Assembly (NCBI GenBank): GCA_046481675.1
Contig: JAWOJJ010000141.1
Coordinates: 3,100 to 67,099 of the forward strand
Direction of reading: 5' to 3'
Origin: Bacteroidales bacterium
GTDB taxonomy: Bacteria > Bacteroidota > Bacteroidia > Bacteroidales > UBA10428
Length of the DNA: 64,000 bases
This document shows positions 61,975 to 64,000 of this stretch, piece by piece (the first letter of the stretch is position 1; every line of letters begins with the position of its first letter). Below the pieces are notes generated by a model. The model was not told the origin of the DNA. It ran no database searches and saw nothing but the letters and a program-made list of their open reading frames with translations. A program made the translations under genes and the position numbers.

Positions 61975-64000
61975 TTACTTCTTCAGCGAAGCAATCCTTT
62001 CTTCCAGCGCCCTGATCTTGGTTTCGGCATCAGCCCTTTTGCGGTTCTCGAGCTCGATTACTTTGGCCGGAGCATTGCTTACGAATTTATCGTTACCCAG
62101 CTTTTTCATCACCGATTCCAGGAAACCGCGGTTGTAAATGAGCTCCTCCTGCAATTTTTGCAATTCTTCTTCCTGGTTATGCAAATCGCCGACGGGTATG
62201 TAATATTCTGCATTGGCTGTGATCAAACTTACTGCTCCTTCAACTTTCTCCGAAATAATTTGAATCTGCTCCAGGTTGCCCAACCTGATAATCACCTCGT
62301 CATAATCGTTCTGATAGTTCACCGGCTTAATGCAAAGAGTAAGCTTCTCCTTGCCCGGTATTTGTTTTTCAACACGGGTATTACGGATAAAAGCAATTAC
62401 CTCCTTCACCTGTTCAAAAAGGCTCAACTTATCCTTGTCAACAGGCTTTATAGAAGGTACTTTCTCATACATCAGGCTGTAACCCTGGGGTCTTTCTTTT
62501 AGCAAGTGCCAGATCTCCTCGGTAATAAACGGTACAAAAGGATGCAATACCCGCATCATGACCTCGAACATTTCAACGGTTGCCTGGTAGGTGCGGTGGT
62601 CAATGGGTTTCTGATAATCGGGCTTGATAATTTCGAGATACCACGAGGAAAACTCATCCCAGAAAAGCTTATAGGCTATCATCAATGCCTCAGAAATCCG
62701 GTACTGTTTAAATGCCTCTTCTATTTCGGTTATACCCTGCTTGAGGCGCTCATAAAACCAGATGATGCCCATTTGAGCAGCTTTGGAAGGCCGCGCCTCC
62801 TGATCAATCTGCCACGATTTCACCAGCCTGAAAGCATTCCACATTTTATTGGCAAAGTTGCGGCCCTGTTCCGAAAGGCTTTCATCAAACAGCAGGTCGT
62901 TACCGGCAGGTGAACAAAGCAACATGCCCACACGCACACCGTCGGCACTGTATTTCTCAATCAGATGCAGCGGATCAGGCGAATTGCCAAGCGATTTCGA
63001 CATTTTGCGGCGTTTGGTATCGCGTACGATGCCAGTGAGGTAAACATTCTTAAAGGGCTTTTTCCCGCGGTATTCATAGCCTGCCATGATCATCCGGGCC
63101 ACCCAGAAGAACAGGATCTCGGGTGCTGTAACCAAATCGTTGGTGGGATAGTAATACCTGATATCGGGATTATCCGGATTCCGGATCCCGTCGAATACCG
63201 AAATGGGCCACAACCACGAAGAGAACCAGGTATCCAGCACATCCTCATCCTGCCGCAGATCGCTCTCCTGCAGGTTGTTGTTGCGACTCTTTTCCCTGGC
63301 CAGCTCCAGTGCTTTGGTAATGTTTTCAGCTACCACAAACTCATTACTGGTTCCTATATAGTATGCCGGGATGCGTTGTCCCCACCACAGCTGGCGCGAG
63401 ATACACCAATCCCTCACATTTTCCATCCAGTTCCGGTAGGAGTTTTTGTACTTGGAAGGATACAGCACGATATCGTCGTTCATTACATGATCAAGGGCCG
63501 GTTTGGCCATGTCCTTCATTCGCAGAAACCACTGCATCGACAGGCGGGGCTCAATAACCGCGTCGGTACGCTCAGAATACCCTATTTTGTTTACATATTC
63601 TTCAGTTTTTACCAGCAGCCCTACCTCTTCCAGCTTTTTAACAGCCAGGTCGCGGGCCTTGAAACGATCGATGCCCACAAACACAATGGCCTTTTCGCTT
63701 AATGTACCGTCTTCATTAAAAATATCGATACTTTCCAGGTTATGACGGATACCTATTTCATAGTCGTTGATGTCGTGCGCCGGAGTAATTTTCAGACATC
63801 CGGTTCCGAATTCCATATCCACATAACTGTCCTGAATAACAGGAACAACCCTGTTAACAAGCGGTACAATTGCCTTCTTGCCAACCAGCTGCCGGTAACG
63901 CGGATCCTCCGGGTTCACGCAAACGGCTGTATCACCCAGGATGGTCTCGGGCCGGGTGGTGGCAATGGTTACAAATCCATCTTCGCCCTGAATGGGATAT
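61975..64000 (-). CDS. valS: Valine--tRNA ligase (C-terminal ~675 aa; 5' end beyond the right window edge)
   Basis: The reading frame is open to base 64000. The 'M' at 63918 is an internal GTG within the conserved ...IATTRPETILGDTAVCVNPEDPRY. The KMSKS loop (RKMSKSLGNS) and an anticodon-binding domain are present. The C-terminal coiled coil reads ...ELENRKRADAETKIRALEERIASLKK. Confidence 0.93.
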   Translation of the reverse strand, partial: YPIQGEDGFVTIATTRPETILGDTAVCVNPEDPRYRQLVGKKAIVPLVNRVVPVIQDSYVDMEFGTGCLKITPAHDINDYEIGIRHNLESIDIFNEDGTLSEKAIVFVGIDRFKARDLAVKKLEEVGLLVKTEEYVNKIGYSERTDAVIEPRLSMQWFLRMKDMAKPALDHVMNDDIVLYPSKYKNSYRNWMENVRDWCISRQLWWGQRIPAYYIGTSNEFVVAENITKALELAREKSRNNNLQESDLRQDEDVLDTWFSSWLWPISVFDGIRNPDNPDIRYYYPTNDLVTAPEILFFWVARMIMAGYEYRGKKPFKNVYLTGIVRDTKRRKMSKSLGNSPDPLHLIEKYSADGVRVGMLLCSPAGNDLLFDESLSEQGRNFANKMWNAFRLVKSWQIDQEARPSKAAQMGIIWFYERLKQGITEIEEAFKQYRISEALMIAYKLFWDEFSSWYLEIIKPDYQKPIDHRTYQATVEMFEVMMRVLHPFVPFITEEIWHLLKERPQGYSLMYEKVPSIKPVDKDKLSLFEQVKEVIAFIRNTRVEKQIPGKEKLTLCIKPVNYQNDYDEVIIRLGNLEQIQIISEKVEGAVSLITANAEYYIPVGDLHNQEEELQKLQEELIYNRGFLESVMKKLGNDKFVSNAPAKVIELENRKRADAETKIRALEERIASLKK

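Noticed and set aside
1-64000. A search for CRISPR arrays, tRNA/rRNA genes, IS elements, integrases, prophage genes and classic defence modules (restriction-modification, toxin-antitoxin, nuclease-helicase pairs).
   Set aside because: I saw no regularly spaced direct repeats, no cloverleaf-like or rRNA-like sequence in any intergenic region, and no transposase, integrase or nuclease-like ORFs. The only DNA/RNA methyltransferase-like genes are housekeeping ones (trmN6-like and rlmH). A proper tRNAscan, Infernal or defence-system HMM scan would be needed to be certain.

Overview
This 64-kb window looks like chromosomal DNA from a member of the Bacteroidota. The evidence is SusC/SusD pairs, several proteins with type IX secretion (T9SS) C-terminal sorting domains, a PorP/SprF gene, a type III glutamine synthetase and TAnnTTTG-type -7 promoter boxes. 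All family names come from motif recognition by eye; no HMM or BLAST search could be run.

Gene content by region:
- 1-14794 (minus strand): a tightly packed seven-gene Sus-like polysaccharide utilisation operon, ordered FAS1 - SusC - SusD - FAS1 - FAS1 - SusC - SusD. The last SusD runs off the left edge of the window.
- 14795-15207: an AT-rich 413-bp divergent control region.
- 15208-22790 (plus strand): two very large T9SS-secreted proteins. One is a 1292-aa protein with two lamin-tail-like modules. The other is a 1195-aa fusion of a GH26 mannanase, a beta-helix domain and three beta-sandwich repeats.
- 22818-44400: mostly housekeeping genes (tRNA m6A methyltransferase, TIGR02757-like, LolD-like ATPase, tatA, secDF, glnA type III, OmpA/PD40, der, Dabb, era, DUF5686-like, glmM, rluB) plus a PKD/SprB-repeat T9SS cargo protein.
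- 44401-54516 (minus strand): a five-gene cluster. It encodes a T9SS type-B adhesin-like protein, PorP/SprF, a PD40+PKD protein, an unrecognisable secreted 325-aa protein, and a beta-propeller/Y_Y_Y sensor fused to a PP2C phosphatase.
- 54645-64000: a very large orphan NtrY-like histidine kinase, rlmH, a DUF4783-like gene, nadC, a yihY-like gene, pdxH and the 3' two-thirds of valS.

No rRNA, tRNA, CRISPR array, transposase, integrase or obvious defence module was seen.

Several 'M' starts in the ORF track are actually TTG or GTG codons. I moved those starts to the next ATG where a clean signal peptide or conserved N-terminus begins there.

The two best candidates for something under-described are the FAS1-decorated double SusC/SusD locus with its T9SS-secreted partners, and the T9SS type-B/PorP operon that ends in a sensor-PP2C phosphatase.
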